From the human T2T-CHM13v2.0 reference genome, Homo sapiens: a stretch of 64,000 nucleotides of DNA. The stretch is taken from assembly GCF_009914755.1 (NCBI RefSeq), contig NC_060945.1. One strand, given 5' to 3'. This document shows, piece by piece, positions 12,787 through 25,786 of the stretch. The position numbers and the translations under genes are program-made. The first letter of the stretch is position 1. Each line of letters opens with the position of its first letter. The notes under the pieces are model-generated. The model searched no databases and had not been told where the DNA came from. It worked only from the letters and a program-made list of their open reading frames with translations.

Positions 12787-14067
12787 CTGCCATTAAACAT
12801 ACTTATCTTAAAATTCGTTTTGTTAGAAAATAGAATTCACTTTGAGATCTACTTCTTCCTATACTGGTTTATTATTCCAATAAAATTCCTATATTCCTGA
12901 ATTTTTTTTTCTTTCTATTTCTCTGGTATTCATTACTCTGTAACCTCTTCCAAATGACATACAAACTTGAAAAATAGTGAGAAAAAACTTCTTCTAGTTA
13001 GAAAGTTTCTGTTACTAGTAACTTTGACAACTGTTATGGAAAAGAATATTGGAAGCTATCTAGTAAATTTATAAGTTGAAAATTAGTTTTTAAAAAATCA
13101 CACAGTCAAAATTACTCCTCAATGAGGACAAATCATTTAGAGTTAACTGATTAAAGTGACATTACTTTTTATGAAAAAGGTTTACAGATTTATTAGACAT
13201 AAATATTTCTACTTATAAAATATGGCAAATATCCCTAAAAATAATTTGAATATTATAATCTCAGACTAGATTAAAGAGTCTAATATGTGTCATCCCATAT
13301 GCCTTTTGTTTCTTTTTGAGTAAGACTTAAACATATCTTGTTGAGTATTATATATTTTTCAACAAATTTTAAATCTCCTTTAGAACAAGAAAGAGTGTAA
13401 ACATTTAATTAAAGAATAAAAATAATATGTATTTTTAACCTAGAACTCTGAATTAATTTTATTTATGTAGGAGAGCGAGAGATGTTGAATAAACTAATCA
13501 TAAATTATATTTTCTTTATATTCCATGCACATTAAGATTAAAAGTGTATAATTAAAGGAAATTGATTCTTGGAGAGAGAAGAATGGCCTTTTCACACTCT
13601 CTTTATTGAACTGTAAATGAATATAAATTTTCTTGAGAACAATTTAGAAGTAATGAACAAAGAACTTTTTAAAAACTTCCTATAATTTAACTAAATATTT
13701 CTATATTGAAGAATTTATTCCAAGTCAATAATTAGAAAGGTAAAAAAGATTTACATGCAGTTATGCGTTGTAGCATTTATAATACAAACAATTAAAAATC
13801 AAAAAAATTAATTTGTTAAGTAATGGTATTTCCAAATAATGGCCTTCTATATAGCCATTAAAATTGTGATTTAAATAAATATGCATTAATTATCAGTGGA
13901 AGTATTCACATTTAAGAACTTTTATTATTTAAAAGAATTTGACACTCTACAAGACAGATTTTTTTCTCCAGTTAAATCTCAGAATGTAAGTCAGCTTTTA
14001 CAAAAAGTTTCCTACATACTTTTAGTATAAATAGTTGAAATATTTATTTAAAACTAGGATGTCATAC

Positions 14068-14281
14068 CTCACACTGCAGAGCTCTTGTTCCCATTTAGCT
14101 TTTTGGTTCTCTAACTGTGATTTTATTTCTTTTGCTTCTGACAGTTCCTTTTGTAGTACACAAAACTTATTTTTCGTTTGTTCCATTTTTGCTGTAATTT
14201 GTTCACAGTGATCTTTTTTAAGTTCCCTTCCTCTTTCACAAGAAGGAACTGCATCCAAGATTTTTGATAGGGTAGTTGAAT
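14068..14281 (-). pseudogene. Exon DSTTLSKILDAVPSCERG...QELCSVR (214 nt, open)
   Basis: ACAG|AT acceptor, GAG|GTATGA donor; lies inside ORF 14022-14369. Confidence 0.9.
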
Positions 14282-15894
14282 CTGTCTCAAGGAGGAGATA
14301 GAAATAAAATATATTAGTACTTTTGGGATATAAAGGGCTGCATATTTTAACAATCACTAACTCACACACTCAACAAATATATATTGATTGCCTACCATGT
14401 GGAAGGCATTATACTAAGCTCTGCAGATTAAACAGAAAAAAAAACTCTGCTCTTGTTTAGCTTAAAATATACTGAAAAGCAAAGCCCCAGAAAAGTTACA
14501 ATTATAAATTCAGATAGATACTGTAAGAAAATAGATTGCTAAGAATAGGATCTGTACTAGGCCCACGGAAAATTCCCCCGAGGAATGTATGGCTACACTG
14601 AGGAACAAAGATTGAAAAGGAAGCAGTTGAGCAAGGGGGGAATAAAAGCATTTTAGCCAGTGTGTGGCATGTGCTGAAGCTCTAGTGTAGTCTGCCTCCA
14701 GCCAAGAGAGAACAACAGGTATTGATTTTTCTTCTTAGCTAAAATAACTAAAAATAAAATACACAAAATACACTAAACAATTTTTTAGACAGTGGACATT
14801 AGGCAAAGAAGATGATAGTCCCTGAAAAACAGAAAAAAAAAGTGGAAAGCAAACCTTAATGAATGTTTCAGCTTCTTGCCTTGACAGAGATTCCAAGACC
14901 TGACACAGGAAACAAAAACTGAGGTGGAACCTACCAGACTCTCTTGGTTACAGTGATAAAGCTTAGAGTCTGGTAAAACCAAAGGAGACAGACAATATAG
15001 AACAGAACACTGAGGAGGAGACAGAGATACAGAAACAAAAGCAAGAAACCCCTGGAAATTGCCTCCCAGTATTTAGCAAAATAATGAAGATTGCATGTAA
15101 GCCAGAAACTACCTAAGACCAAGCCAGGTCAGGGCGGAACTTATAAAATTAGAGAAAATCACACCTGGTGCTCACATAGTGCCAAGAAGAGTGTCTATTT
15201 TTATATATTTACCTGGGAAGACTCAGACTTCACAGGAAAATGAATAGTCTGAAAGGCCTTGCCTCAGGTGTGGGGAGTCAGCTCATAAAAAGCAAAAATG
15301 AAAAGGATCAAGCTGTTTATAAGTAACTCAACTCTATTCTACAATAAAAATCAAGAAGATAAGTAAAGCAATAGAAGATACTTTTAAAAACTAAATTTCA
15401 CTTCTAGAGATACAAGTTACAATGCTGCAGATGAAAGCTACACTGAGTAGATATGAGCATAGATTGATTTGCCATCATGAAAGAAAAGATTCACAAATTT
15501 GAGATACTAGAGAACTATGAGCAAACTCCCAGCAGGTAATATGTAAGTCCACAAAGAGGTAGAAGGAGAGACAGAAAAAACATCTGAGGAAAAATTGGCT
15601 AAATATATTCTAAACTTAACAAATGCTACAATCCCACAGATCCAGGCTGGTATCTGGCTGGAAGTGAAGAAATGAAAATATATGATTGGAATTTCTTATA
15701 CCATCTATGATATGATATAATATTACTTGAAGGTGAGTTGTGATGAGGTAAATCCATACACTATAAATCCTAAAACAACCACTAAGACAGCAAAGCAAAG
15801 TTATACCTAATAGCCAAATAAACTTATACCACAAAAAGATATGACTAAATCATGAAGAAATATACAACCAGATCAATAACTAAAAAACATTATA

Positions 15895-15896
<2 letters not shown>

Positions 15897-15942
<46 letters not shown>
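15897..15942. repeat. (TA)n microsatellite
   Basis: Directly visible. Confidence 0.95.
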
Positions 15943-15943
<1 letters not shown>

Positions 15944-16962
15944 AACTAAATTATAAAAATTACTAAACTAGTCTGAAGGAAGCAATAAAAGAACAAAACA
16001 AAGCAAAGAAGATCTGGGACTAACAGAAATCAAACAGCATGGTGACAGACAACTTTTATCACATCAATAATTACATTATAAATTAAACTGGTCTAAAAAC
16101 CTCTGCTCAAAGGCAGATTGTCAGAACGGATATAAAAGTGAGATCTACCTGTATAACACCTATAAGAAATAAACTTTAAATATAAAGACAAAAATTGGTT
16201 AAAGATGAAACAAGATATACCACACTAACGCTTGAAAAAAGAAGGCTGAGGAAGAGTGGTTGTATTAATATCAAAGTACATTTCATAGCAAAAACATTAC
16301 CAGCAATAAACAAGGTGATTTTATAGTGACAAAGGGTTCACTTAATCAAGAAAACATAAGTCCTAAATATTTATGTAGATAATAACATAAATGCTTCAAA
16401 ATACATGATACAAAAATAGATAGAACTGCAAAAGAAATGGACAAATGCCTAAGTATAGTCTAAAATTTCTAAACCCCTTGCTCAAGTGGTAGAATAAGGA
16501 GGCAGAAAATCAGCAAGAATATGGTAGACTTAACACCATTCTTCAGAAGTACTCAAGGACTATATTCTAGATTATATCTTAGTAAAAGGATTAAGAAGGA
16601 TTTAAGTCATACAAAACATGTTACCTGACCCAAAAGCAATCAAATTAAAAATCAATAATAAAAATGTACCTGAAACAACTCAACTATTGGAAATTAAGTA
16701 ACATAACATCCAAATAACCCTGGGTTGGTTCCAAAAATAGTAAAAAGAAAAATTAGAAAGTATTTTGAACTAACTTCAAATGAAAACACAGCACATTAGA
16801 TATTGTAAAATGCATCTACAACAGCACTTAAATAAAACTTTCCAGCATTGAATGTCTACATTAGAAGACTCTCAAGTAAATAACTTCGACTTTTACCTGA
16901 AGAAACTAAAAAAAAAAAAAAAGAAAGTAAATTCAATGGAAGCAGAGGAAAGGATAAATATT

Positions 16963-17324
16963 CGTATTGGTTTGAATGTCTTTGTCCTTGCAATTTTCAT
17001 ATGCCAAAATGAAATCACAGAGGTGATGTTATTAGGAGGTAGGAGTTTTTGGATGTAATTAGGTCATGAGGGCCACCCTTCATAAATGGATTAATGCTCT
17101 GACAGAAATAACCCCAGAGAGCCTCTTTACCCTTTCTGCCATGTGAGGGCACAGGGAAAAAGAATGCATCAATGAATCATGAAGTGGTACCTCTTCAGAC
17201 ATCAAATCTGATGATACCTTGATCTTGAACTGTGCAGCTTCCAAAATTGTGAGAATTCAATTTATGTTGTTGATAAGCTCCCAACTATAGATTTTTTAAA
17301 TACTAGGCAAAGAGAACTAAAACA
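16963..17324 (+). mobile_element. MaLR solo LTR (MLT1A/MSTC-like)
   Basis: GGTTTGAATGTC start, AGGTCATGAGGGC, CTTGATCTTGAAC..CAGCTTCCAAAATTGTGAGA, ACTAAAACA end. Confidence 0.75.
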
Positions 17325-17594
17325 TCAGAGATGGAACTAATAAAACACAAAAATGATGGAAGAGTTGAAAAATACCAAACACTTTGAGAGGATCAATAAA
17401 AGCAAAAGTCTATCTAGCCAAACTAGCTCTTGAAAAGAGAAAGCTACAATTACTAACTTTGGAAATGAGTTAATGTGACATTATTTTAGATTCTACAGAT
17501 ACTTAAAAATACAAGGTAATATTATAAAATTTATGTGAATAAACATGACAACTTAGACAAAATGGACAAATTCATTGAAATGTGAAAATTACCC

Positions 17595-18548
17595 TCTGAT
17601 CTTTGACAAAACTGGAAAAAAAGCAATGTGAAAAGAATTCCCTATTTAATAAATGATGTTGGGAAAACTGGCTGGCCATATGCAGAAAACTGAAAGTTGA
17701 CCACTTCCTTACACCTTATACAAAAATTAACTCAAGATGGATTAAAGACTTAAATGTTAGACCTAAAACCATAAAAAGCCTAGAAGAAATCCTAGGCAAT
17801 ACCATTCAGGACATAGGCATGGGCAAATACTTCAGAACTAAAACATCAAAAGCAATGGCAACAAAAGCTAAAATTGACAAATGGGACCTAATTAAACTAA
17901 AGAGCTTCAGCATAGCAAAAGAAACTACCATCAGAGTGAACAAAATGAACAGGCAACCTACAGAATGGGAGAAAATTTCGGCAATCTATCCATCTGACAA
18001 AGGGCTAAATCCAGAATGTACAAGAACTTAAACAAGTTTAAAAAAAAAATCGAACAACCCCATCAAAAAGTGGGTGAAGGATATGAACAGACACTTCTGA
18101 AAAGAAGACATTTATGCAGCCAACAGACACGTGAAAAAAATGCTCATCATCACTGGCCATCAGAGAAATGCAAATCAAAACCACAATGAGATACCATCTC
18201 ACACCAGTTAGAATGGCGATCATTAAAAAGTCAGGAAACAACAGGTGCTGGAGAGGCTGTGAAGAAATAGGAACACTTTCACACTGCTGGTGGGAGTGTA
18301 AACTCGCTCAACCATTGTGGAAGACAGTGTGGCGATTCTTCAAGGATCTGGAACCAGAAATACCATTTGATCCAGCGATCCCATTACCGGATATATACCC
18401 AAAGGATTATAAATGATGCTACTATAAAGACACACGCACACATATGTTTATTGTGGCACTATTTACAATAGCAAAGGCTTGGAAGCAACCCAAATGCCCA
18501 TCAATGATAGACTGGATTAAGAAAATGTGGCATATATGTACCATGAAG
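17595..18548 (+). mobile_element. L1PA ORF2 3' fragment, lacking 3'UTR and poly-A
   Basis: ORFs 17819-18031 and 18168-18416 are L1 ORF2 C-terminus ([17 protein letters not shown]...CWRGC). Confidence 0.95.
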
Positions 18549-19081
18549 TTCATATGTACTATGAAGTCTATACTGCACTGTTTCAGGGAAATAATGTGTT
18601 ACAACAGCATAGCTTTAATGGTCCATAGGTCACAGTTTTCACTTTTATTAAAGTAGATGATTGTACATAGTGATACTTGAAATATTTTAGTTTCAGTTTC
18701 TAATATATCAAAAATCAGTAGGTAAAAACCAACTTAAATGAAGACTGATATCTCATTTATTTTTATTTTCATATATTTGTTTTTTGCATAAACAAACTTT
18801 AATTAGTTGTGGTGCAGTTATATAATGGAATTCTATAAAGAACCTAATATAAACAAAACCAAAGTTAATTCTACACATTATGGATGGATCTAACAATATA
18901 ATGCTGATCAAACAAAGAATGTTACAGAAAATTACACAATGTACAATTATTTACATATTAGCAGTTGAAAACAAATTCTACATATTATCTATGACCATGC
19001 ACATATGTCGTATAATGTTTAAGCATGCATAGGAATAATATAAAAAACCAGTTTAGACAATTGTTTACCTCTAAACCATGA

Positions 19082-19447
<366 letters not shown>

Positions 19448-19898
19448 TAAGCTAATCAGAACAACAGATTTCCTTAGGATGCTTCAAATGACTACAGTCC
19501 CATGAGGTAACCAATGTTAAAACACAATTGGCATGTCAAAATTGAAGCTTTCCCTGCAGTAAAGGGTAGAATTTGAATCAATTTTTGAACAGAAAAAATA
19601 TTAGAGTTTAAAAATACACCTTCTTGAATCTTTAAGTCATACAGACATTCCCAATACAAAACATTACAGTATGAGGACATGAAAGCAGAAACACCTGAAA
19701 TTAAAGCTACTTTTTAAAAAAACTAATTAAAATTCGTGTTCTTGTAAGTAATCAGTTTTTCAAATGTGGATACCACTATTGACATTATTAACTCAAATAT
19801 TTCCATAATATTTGAAAAATAAACATTGGGGAGATGAGACTATTAATATGTCAACTATTGAAATATTCATTTTAATATAGTTGAACTGTAAAATTTAC

Positions 19899-19971
19899 CT
19901 GCTCTCAATGTTTGTTTATTCTTCCATTCTAAGCCTTTATTTGGAACAGAGTTTTGCATTTCAGTGGCAGG
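19899..19971 (-). pseudogene. 73-nt repeat exon PATEMQNSVPNKGLEWKNKQTLRA
   Basis: TTTAG|CCT acceptor, CAG|GTAAAT donor. Confidence 0.9.
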
Positions 19972-20069
19972 CTAAACGGGTTTGGAAGAAAAATGATTAA
20001 TAACGAATGTGTACTTCACAAAATACATAGTTAATAAATAATGCAAGATAAAATTATAAAACTCAATAC

Positions 20070-20098
20070 CTCAAAGTGAGAAGGCTTTTCAGGAGACT
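20070..20098 (-). pseudogene. 29-nt repeat exon (E)SPEKPSHFE
   Basis: TTTAG|AG acceptor, GAG|GTATTG donor. Confidence 0.9.
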
Positions 20099-22320
20099 CT
20101 AAAAAGCAAAAGAGATTTATTATCAGTCATAAGTAAATATGACAAAATCAGCCACAAATGAATCCAGTGATAGTATCTAACTAAGTCCTTTTTCTCAGCT
20201 TTGAGAATGACTCCTTTAGGTTTAGGGGGTTTTCTTTCGGTATGTTTCTTTAGGACACTCACATGACAGAAATACACTGAAGAAACTAGGAATCTAGGCT
20301 TCATCAAACATGCACTTAAGACTTCAAAAGTGAGAATGTGTTGTGCATGCAAAATGTGTTGATATTAATATGTATATGCTGAGTGATGAAAAGAGAAATG
20401 ATCTTTGATCAGAGGAGCAAATTATGACCCAGAAAAAATAAATGTCAAAGCTGAATATAGAATCCTACACCATATATTCAGTGAAATACACTGGAATAAT
20501 TTATTTCATTACATTAATCACGTTCTTTAATTTGTCCTACAATTGAGATGGTACACCGTTATGATGAGAGTTCAGCTGAATGCAGAACTGACATCTCATC
20601 ACTGAACATGTTACAAATTGATCAGCTTGGATATTTACTTAATGGATAATACTAAATAAAATATTCATTGTTTCCCATATCCTTGCAGTGTAATCATATG
20701 CCTACATTGCTGTATCCTCTAGTTTATCCTCAGAAATTTTCTTGATTCACTCATGCAAAAAATACTATAAAACTCATTAAAAAAATTGTATAGTGAGCTT
20801 TCAATATTGATATGTTTATTTGAAAATTTATGGCAACATACTTATCACATATAAATAACATTTTATATTTTTAAATCAGACAATATTTATTTTAAAAAAC
20901 AATTTTAGAATTCAAGTAATAAATTCTGTAATTTTTTGTTTCTAAAAATTAGTTGGCTTTGTTTATTATGGTAAGTGTCTAATAGATTTTTATAGAACAA
21001 CAATTTTACCAAAACAATTTGCTTCATTAAACATAAAGCCAATGCTCTTAGATTCAAATATCTCTCATTTGAATAGCTAATATCAACAAAATATAAACAT
21101 TTTATGCCTGATAGTAATAGAGAAAACTAATGAGTCACCATGGTTTACTCCAATTCTAGTAATCCTCCTGCTTCCGGTAGTCTCTGGAGTACCCACAATC
21201 TAATCTTCTGGAGTGCAAATATTGTAAATGCAACTGAAGTGAATTCACTCAAATTTCCTTTTCAGAAACTCCAAAGTTGGCTGGCTATATTCTTTCTTGC
21301 TGCGTTTCATGCCTCACAATCCCTCTTCCTTAGCCAAAATAATGTCTACATCTGTGGTCTTGATTCTTCCCATTCAACATCTTTTAAAATCAATTTTCCC
21401 AACACTTTCTTTCTCTTTGATTAGGGTAGTATCTGACATCTGTAATTACTATTTCTTTACCTCTTTTTTCCCCTCTGGTCAGAAACATACTCAGAAATAA
21501 AAGCAATATAATGCTTTCTCTTGACCCTGCTATGTCTTGAACTTCTATCCAACTGCCCTTCTTCCAGATTTTTCCAAAGGAAAGGCTGTTCCCTTGCTAC
21601 CTAAGAGTGAGGTCCAAGGACCACCAGCAACAGCATCACTTGAGAATTTATTAAAAATGCCAGAATCCCAAGTCTGCTGAGTCACAGCGTGCATTGTTAA
21701 CAAGGTATTCAGCTGATTTTCTAAAGTGTGAAAACTTCTCGTCTATACTGAGTGTATATAACAAATTATATACACGCATGGCTGTGCAAATATGCTTATA
21801 TTCACATACTGCAGATAAAACACAACTCTCCATGGTCAGGTGCTTCCATCCCTAATGCCTTCCCACCGGTGAGAAAGATAAGACCGACAACATGTTTGCT
21901 GTAATTCTCTGCCAAATTTTGGTAATGGAAGGTCACTTTATATTCTTCCCAGCTTTCTAACCATGCTCTATCTTTCTCTAAAGAGTTATTTTATTTTACC
22001 ATTCTCCATTATGTAAACCTGCTTTTTGTTCCCTCATGTACTCCCTGTACTCTCTGTCTTCCTCAGTCTTCATTCCTTGTTTTACTCCTTTCCTCAGGTC
22101 TTAGAGTATGTTGAATTTAAACTAATAATTCAGCTCTTTTTTGGCACTCTCAATATAATCTGTTGCCAACACCTGAGAAGACACATAACTTTCACTGCCT
22201 TTGTTCTTCCATGTTATGCATTTAAAAAATAATTTTCTCTGGCTGTCAGAGTATATCAGTCCTCATGCTTTGAGACAAACATTTGGACAAAAGATGTTTT
22301 AAATAAAAAATGGTTCTTAC

Positions 22321-22410
22321 CTTCTATTTTGCCATTTGTTGTCTTTATTTCTTTTTGATATGTAGCCTAAGTAAACACTCATAATTCTGTGTATCACTCA
22401 CAGAGATAAT
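22321..22410 (-). pseudogene. Exon IISVSDTQNYECL/ATYQKEIKTTNGKIE, 90 nt (1-nt deletion; paralogous exon is 91 nt)
   Basis: AACAG| acceptor, AAG|GTAAGA donor; compare 47957-48047. Confidence 0.85.
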
Positions 22411-22434
22411 CTGTTAAAGATAATATTAATAATT

Positions 22435-22737
22435 TCTTTTTTTACTATTTTTTTATTTTGTTTTTCTGAGATGAAGCCTCGCAGTGTTGCCCAGTGGCAT
22501 GATCTTGGCTCATTGCAACCTCCGGCTCCAAAGACCAAGTAATTATCCTGCCTCCGTGTCCCGAGTAGCTGGGACTACAGGCATGAGCTACCACACCTGG
22601 CTAAATTTTTGTATTTTTATTAGAGACAGGTTTCACCATGTTGGCTAGGCTGGTCTCAAACTCCTGACTTCAAGTGATCTGCCCACCTCGCCCTCCGAAA
22701 ATACTGGGATTACAGGTGTGAGCCACCACAGCCTGCC
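22435..22737 (-). mobile_element. AluS
   Basis: Alu dimer on the minus strand. Confidence 0.9.
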
Positions 22738-24957
22738 TCAATAAATAATTTCAATTTAAAAATAATAATGACAAGCATCACATTTTTTATTAAAAATCTT
22801 TTTTAAAACACATTTTTTAACTTTAAAGGCAATTAGATTTAAGGCTGTTCACATATTGAAAACCAAAACATTTCAAGAGAAAACCTCAAATATGCTCTGT
22901 AGATTACGCTTATCTTTTATTTTCATGTGGCTATTGACTAGGTTACTGAGCAAGGAAAATAATCATATTCGCAAAAAAATTCACTCGTGCATATTTTAAA
23001 AGGAATTTACTTCAAAGTATCTGCCTTACACTGTAGTCCTCACCAAAAACAATAGGACATTTCAAACAAAATACAATATGATTCAACATTTGACATATGC
23101 ATAATTATAGATTTTTTTGGTTAAAAACTATGCATGGCATGAAGAGAATTTTCAGAGTATGTCGTGCGAAGTAGGAATAGAACTCTGTTAAAAGCTGTTT
23201 CATTTAGGAAAACAAGGGCATAAAATAATGAAAATAATTTTACATCTTTTTTGCTGATACAGAACTGCTTGAATAAAAGGAAAGATTCTTAAGGAAAATT
23301 TATATTTATGTTATTTTTAAATGAAAACAAGCAATCATTAGATAAAGTATGCAATTCGTTCTTAAGGCATAACTTCAGAAAAGTAGAGCAAGCCTTCATA
23401 TAAAGAGAAAAATAAAAACATGTATTCGTGAAACATCTAACATGTGACAGACACATATTTGCAGACTTTTCTTCACCTTAGAATAATGAGGATGACGATG
23501 ACATTGGTGGTTACCCCACTTTCTGTATCCTAGTCATTCTAGGTTGTTAAGAACAAAATGATGAACAAATATGGTCCACTGCCCTCTCTGTTCAGAAGTC
23601 TTCCTCCTAGACTTTCATATGGCATACTCCTCATCTTTGAGACGGGAGATTAAATGGCAGTTGCAGAAAGATCTACTCTGACCATGGAATTCCACTGCCA
23701 CTCCCATACGCGTGCTAATTATAAAGTTCTTCAATTTTCTCTTAAGGAACATTCTCTGTTTTGTTTTAAAGAAAAAGTTACAGTAATTTGTAAGTGTTTT
23801 TCATTTGTTATTCTCTTCCTACTACTGCAGCATAATCTTTCATCTTGGATATTCAGAGACTCACTGCCTAGTACACAGCTGGTACTCAGAAAGAAATTAC
23901 TCCAGGTCAAAACATTGAAAATCTCATCAGGAAAGTCTCACTTTCCAAACTGCTATATTTCTATGGAAAATCTGCAGTAGTAGCCTGCTGAAAGTTACCA
24001 TCCCCTTACCCAAAATTAGAAATCCACATGCCTGTTCTTACTTCCCATTCTTGTGCTAACAATACTGCTTTCACATAAATGCCACTTTGAACATTTTGTC
24101 TTACATTTGTATACAGACTTTCCAGTTTAAAAAATGTTTTCACATTTGTTACAACATTATTTCATCACATGCACCTAAGAGGTAGATATGAGCGCTATTT
24201 TTATAAACAAAGTTACTGGTATTTGATTAGATTAATTGATTTTTTTCCAAGTTCCCATAGCTAGTAAGTGACAGAACCAAATACAGACTTATCTTTTGAC
24301 ATCCACTCATTGCTGTTACCACTATGCAGCTGCTGCTTCTGCCTAACTGGTGAGGCCTTTGCTATCTCTTCCACATCCACAGTTGTGACCTTGGAATACA
24401 TCATTATTATTTGATACCTATGTGGCTGCAAACATGGCTGCCATAAATGGACTCAAAGAGTTCTATTTGTGGAAAAAAGTCCACTTATTAAAATACTACT
24501 CAACCAAATTGTTGTTATTATAGTTTTACAGGTGTCCTATTTCTCATGTTTATCCAACTCCTGAAATGTTCCTTCAGATCTATACTGGATAATCAAAATA
24601 TGCCAATACTTTCAGAGTCCCAGGAATTATCTTTTCAAGTTCCAAGTTGAGTAAGACTAAGACTACAGTTTAAACTCTTTCTCCTCGAATCCAGTTAGAG
24701 CTTTTGTACATCTAGATATACACAGAATCATACAGTTTTGCCCATAAATGAATGTGGAGACATCATTTAGTTTTTAGACAAACTTAACTTCAGAACTCAA
24801 GTAGATTCCTAATGCCTTCTAAGCCTTATTTTGTTTTGCACTACTCTACACTGGCTTCAAAATTAATCCTGCAAATTAGCAGAATTGCACTATGCAGCTG
24901 TTATCTACTTGGAACATGATTATAAAGTATGTTCTGATAAATGTCAGAAAATAATTT

Positions 24958-25212
24958 CTTTTTTTTTGGTTTGTTTTTTGAGATGGAGTCTCGCTCTGTT
25001 GCCCATGCTGGAATGCAGTGGCATGATCTGGGCTCACTGCAAGCTCCACCTTCTGGGTTCACGCCATTCTCCTGCCTCAGTCTCCTGAGTAGCTGGGACT
25101 ACAGGTGCCTGCCACCATGCCTGGCTAATTTTTTTGTATTTTTAGTAGAGACGGGGTTTCACCATATTAGCCAGGATGGTCACAATCTCCTGACCTCGTG
25201 ATCCACCTGCCT
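24958..25212 (-). mobile_element. AluY/Sc-like, 5'-truncated
   Basis: GCAAGCTCCACC...TTCACGCCATTC...TTAGCCAGGATGG. Confidence 0.9.
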
Positions 25213-25321
25213 TATGGACATAATCAGAGGTGAGAGAATAAAGTCAAATCATCTTTTTATGTTTTAAGATTACTGAGTACTTAAGTTTTAAAATAACAAC
25301 AACAACAACAATACACAGTAC

Positions 25322-25382
25322 CTCAGAATCTGAAGTTGATTTTGTATCTTCTTTTCTTCTAATTCTGATGTGGGCATCTTAT
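25322..25382 (-). pseudogene. Exon KMPTSEL/RKEDTKSTSDSE, 61 nt (1-nt deletion; paralogous exon is 62 nt)
   Basis: TGTAG|AT acceptor, GAG|GTACTG donor; compare 49484-49545. Confidence 0.85.
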
Positions 25383-25707
25383 CTACAAAATGTTATTCAC
25401 AGACATGTATATGAGAATGTTTATTACTGTAAATCATAAAACTATATACAAATCTATTTCCATTTATGAGTATTTCAAAAATAAAAATAATAGCAAAAAT
25501 AGAATTTCAGAATTGAAGCAGGTTCAGAAAAAAAAGAGTTGATAGTATGAAGAAAGATATCAAAATGTACTTTTTTAAGTAGACATTGTATTTTGGGCTA
25601 AAAAATTGTTTTCTATATAACAGCATTTAAACACAGAAAAATTTTCAGAGATATTCACTAACTTACCACTTCTATTATTTTGGTATAAAAAATAAAATTG
25701 TCATTAC

Positions 25708-25786
25708 TTGTTTGATCTTGTGGAGCTCGTTCAATAATGCCAATATCACGTTCTCGTTGTCCAGTTACTGTCTTTGTTGCTGCCTC
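25708..25786 (-). pseudogene. 79-nt exon EAATKTVTGQRERDIGIIERAPQDQT
   Basis: AATAG|GAG acceptor, CAA|GTAATG donor; phase-compatible with neighbours. Confidence 0.8.

Larger units (their letters stand above)
14690..17593 (+). mobile_element. Ancient L1M fragments (approximate ends), interrupted by (TA)n and a MaLR LTR
   Basis: A-rich degenerate ORF1/ORF2-like sequence, e.g. TTAGACAAAATGGACAAATTC near 17560. Confidence 0.6.

Noticed and set aside
21120-21480. Possible extra exon or ORF (21140-21424)
   Set aside because: No convincing splice sites or family homology that I can recognise
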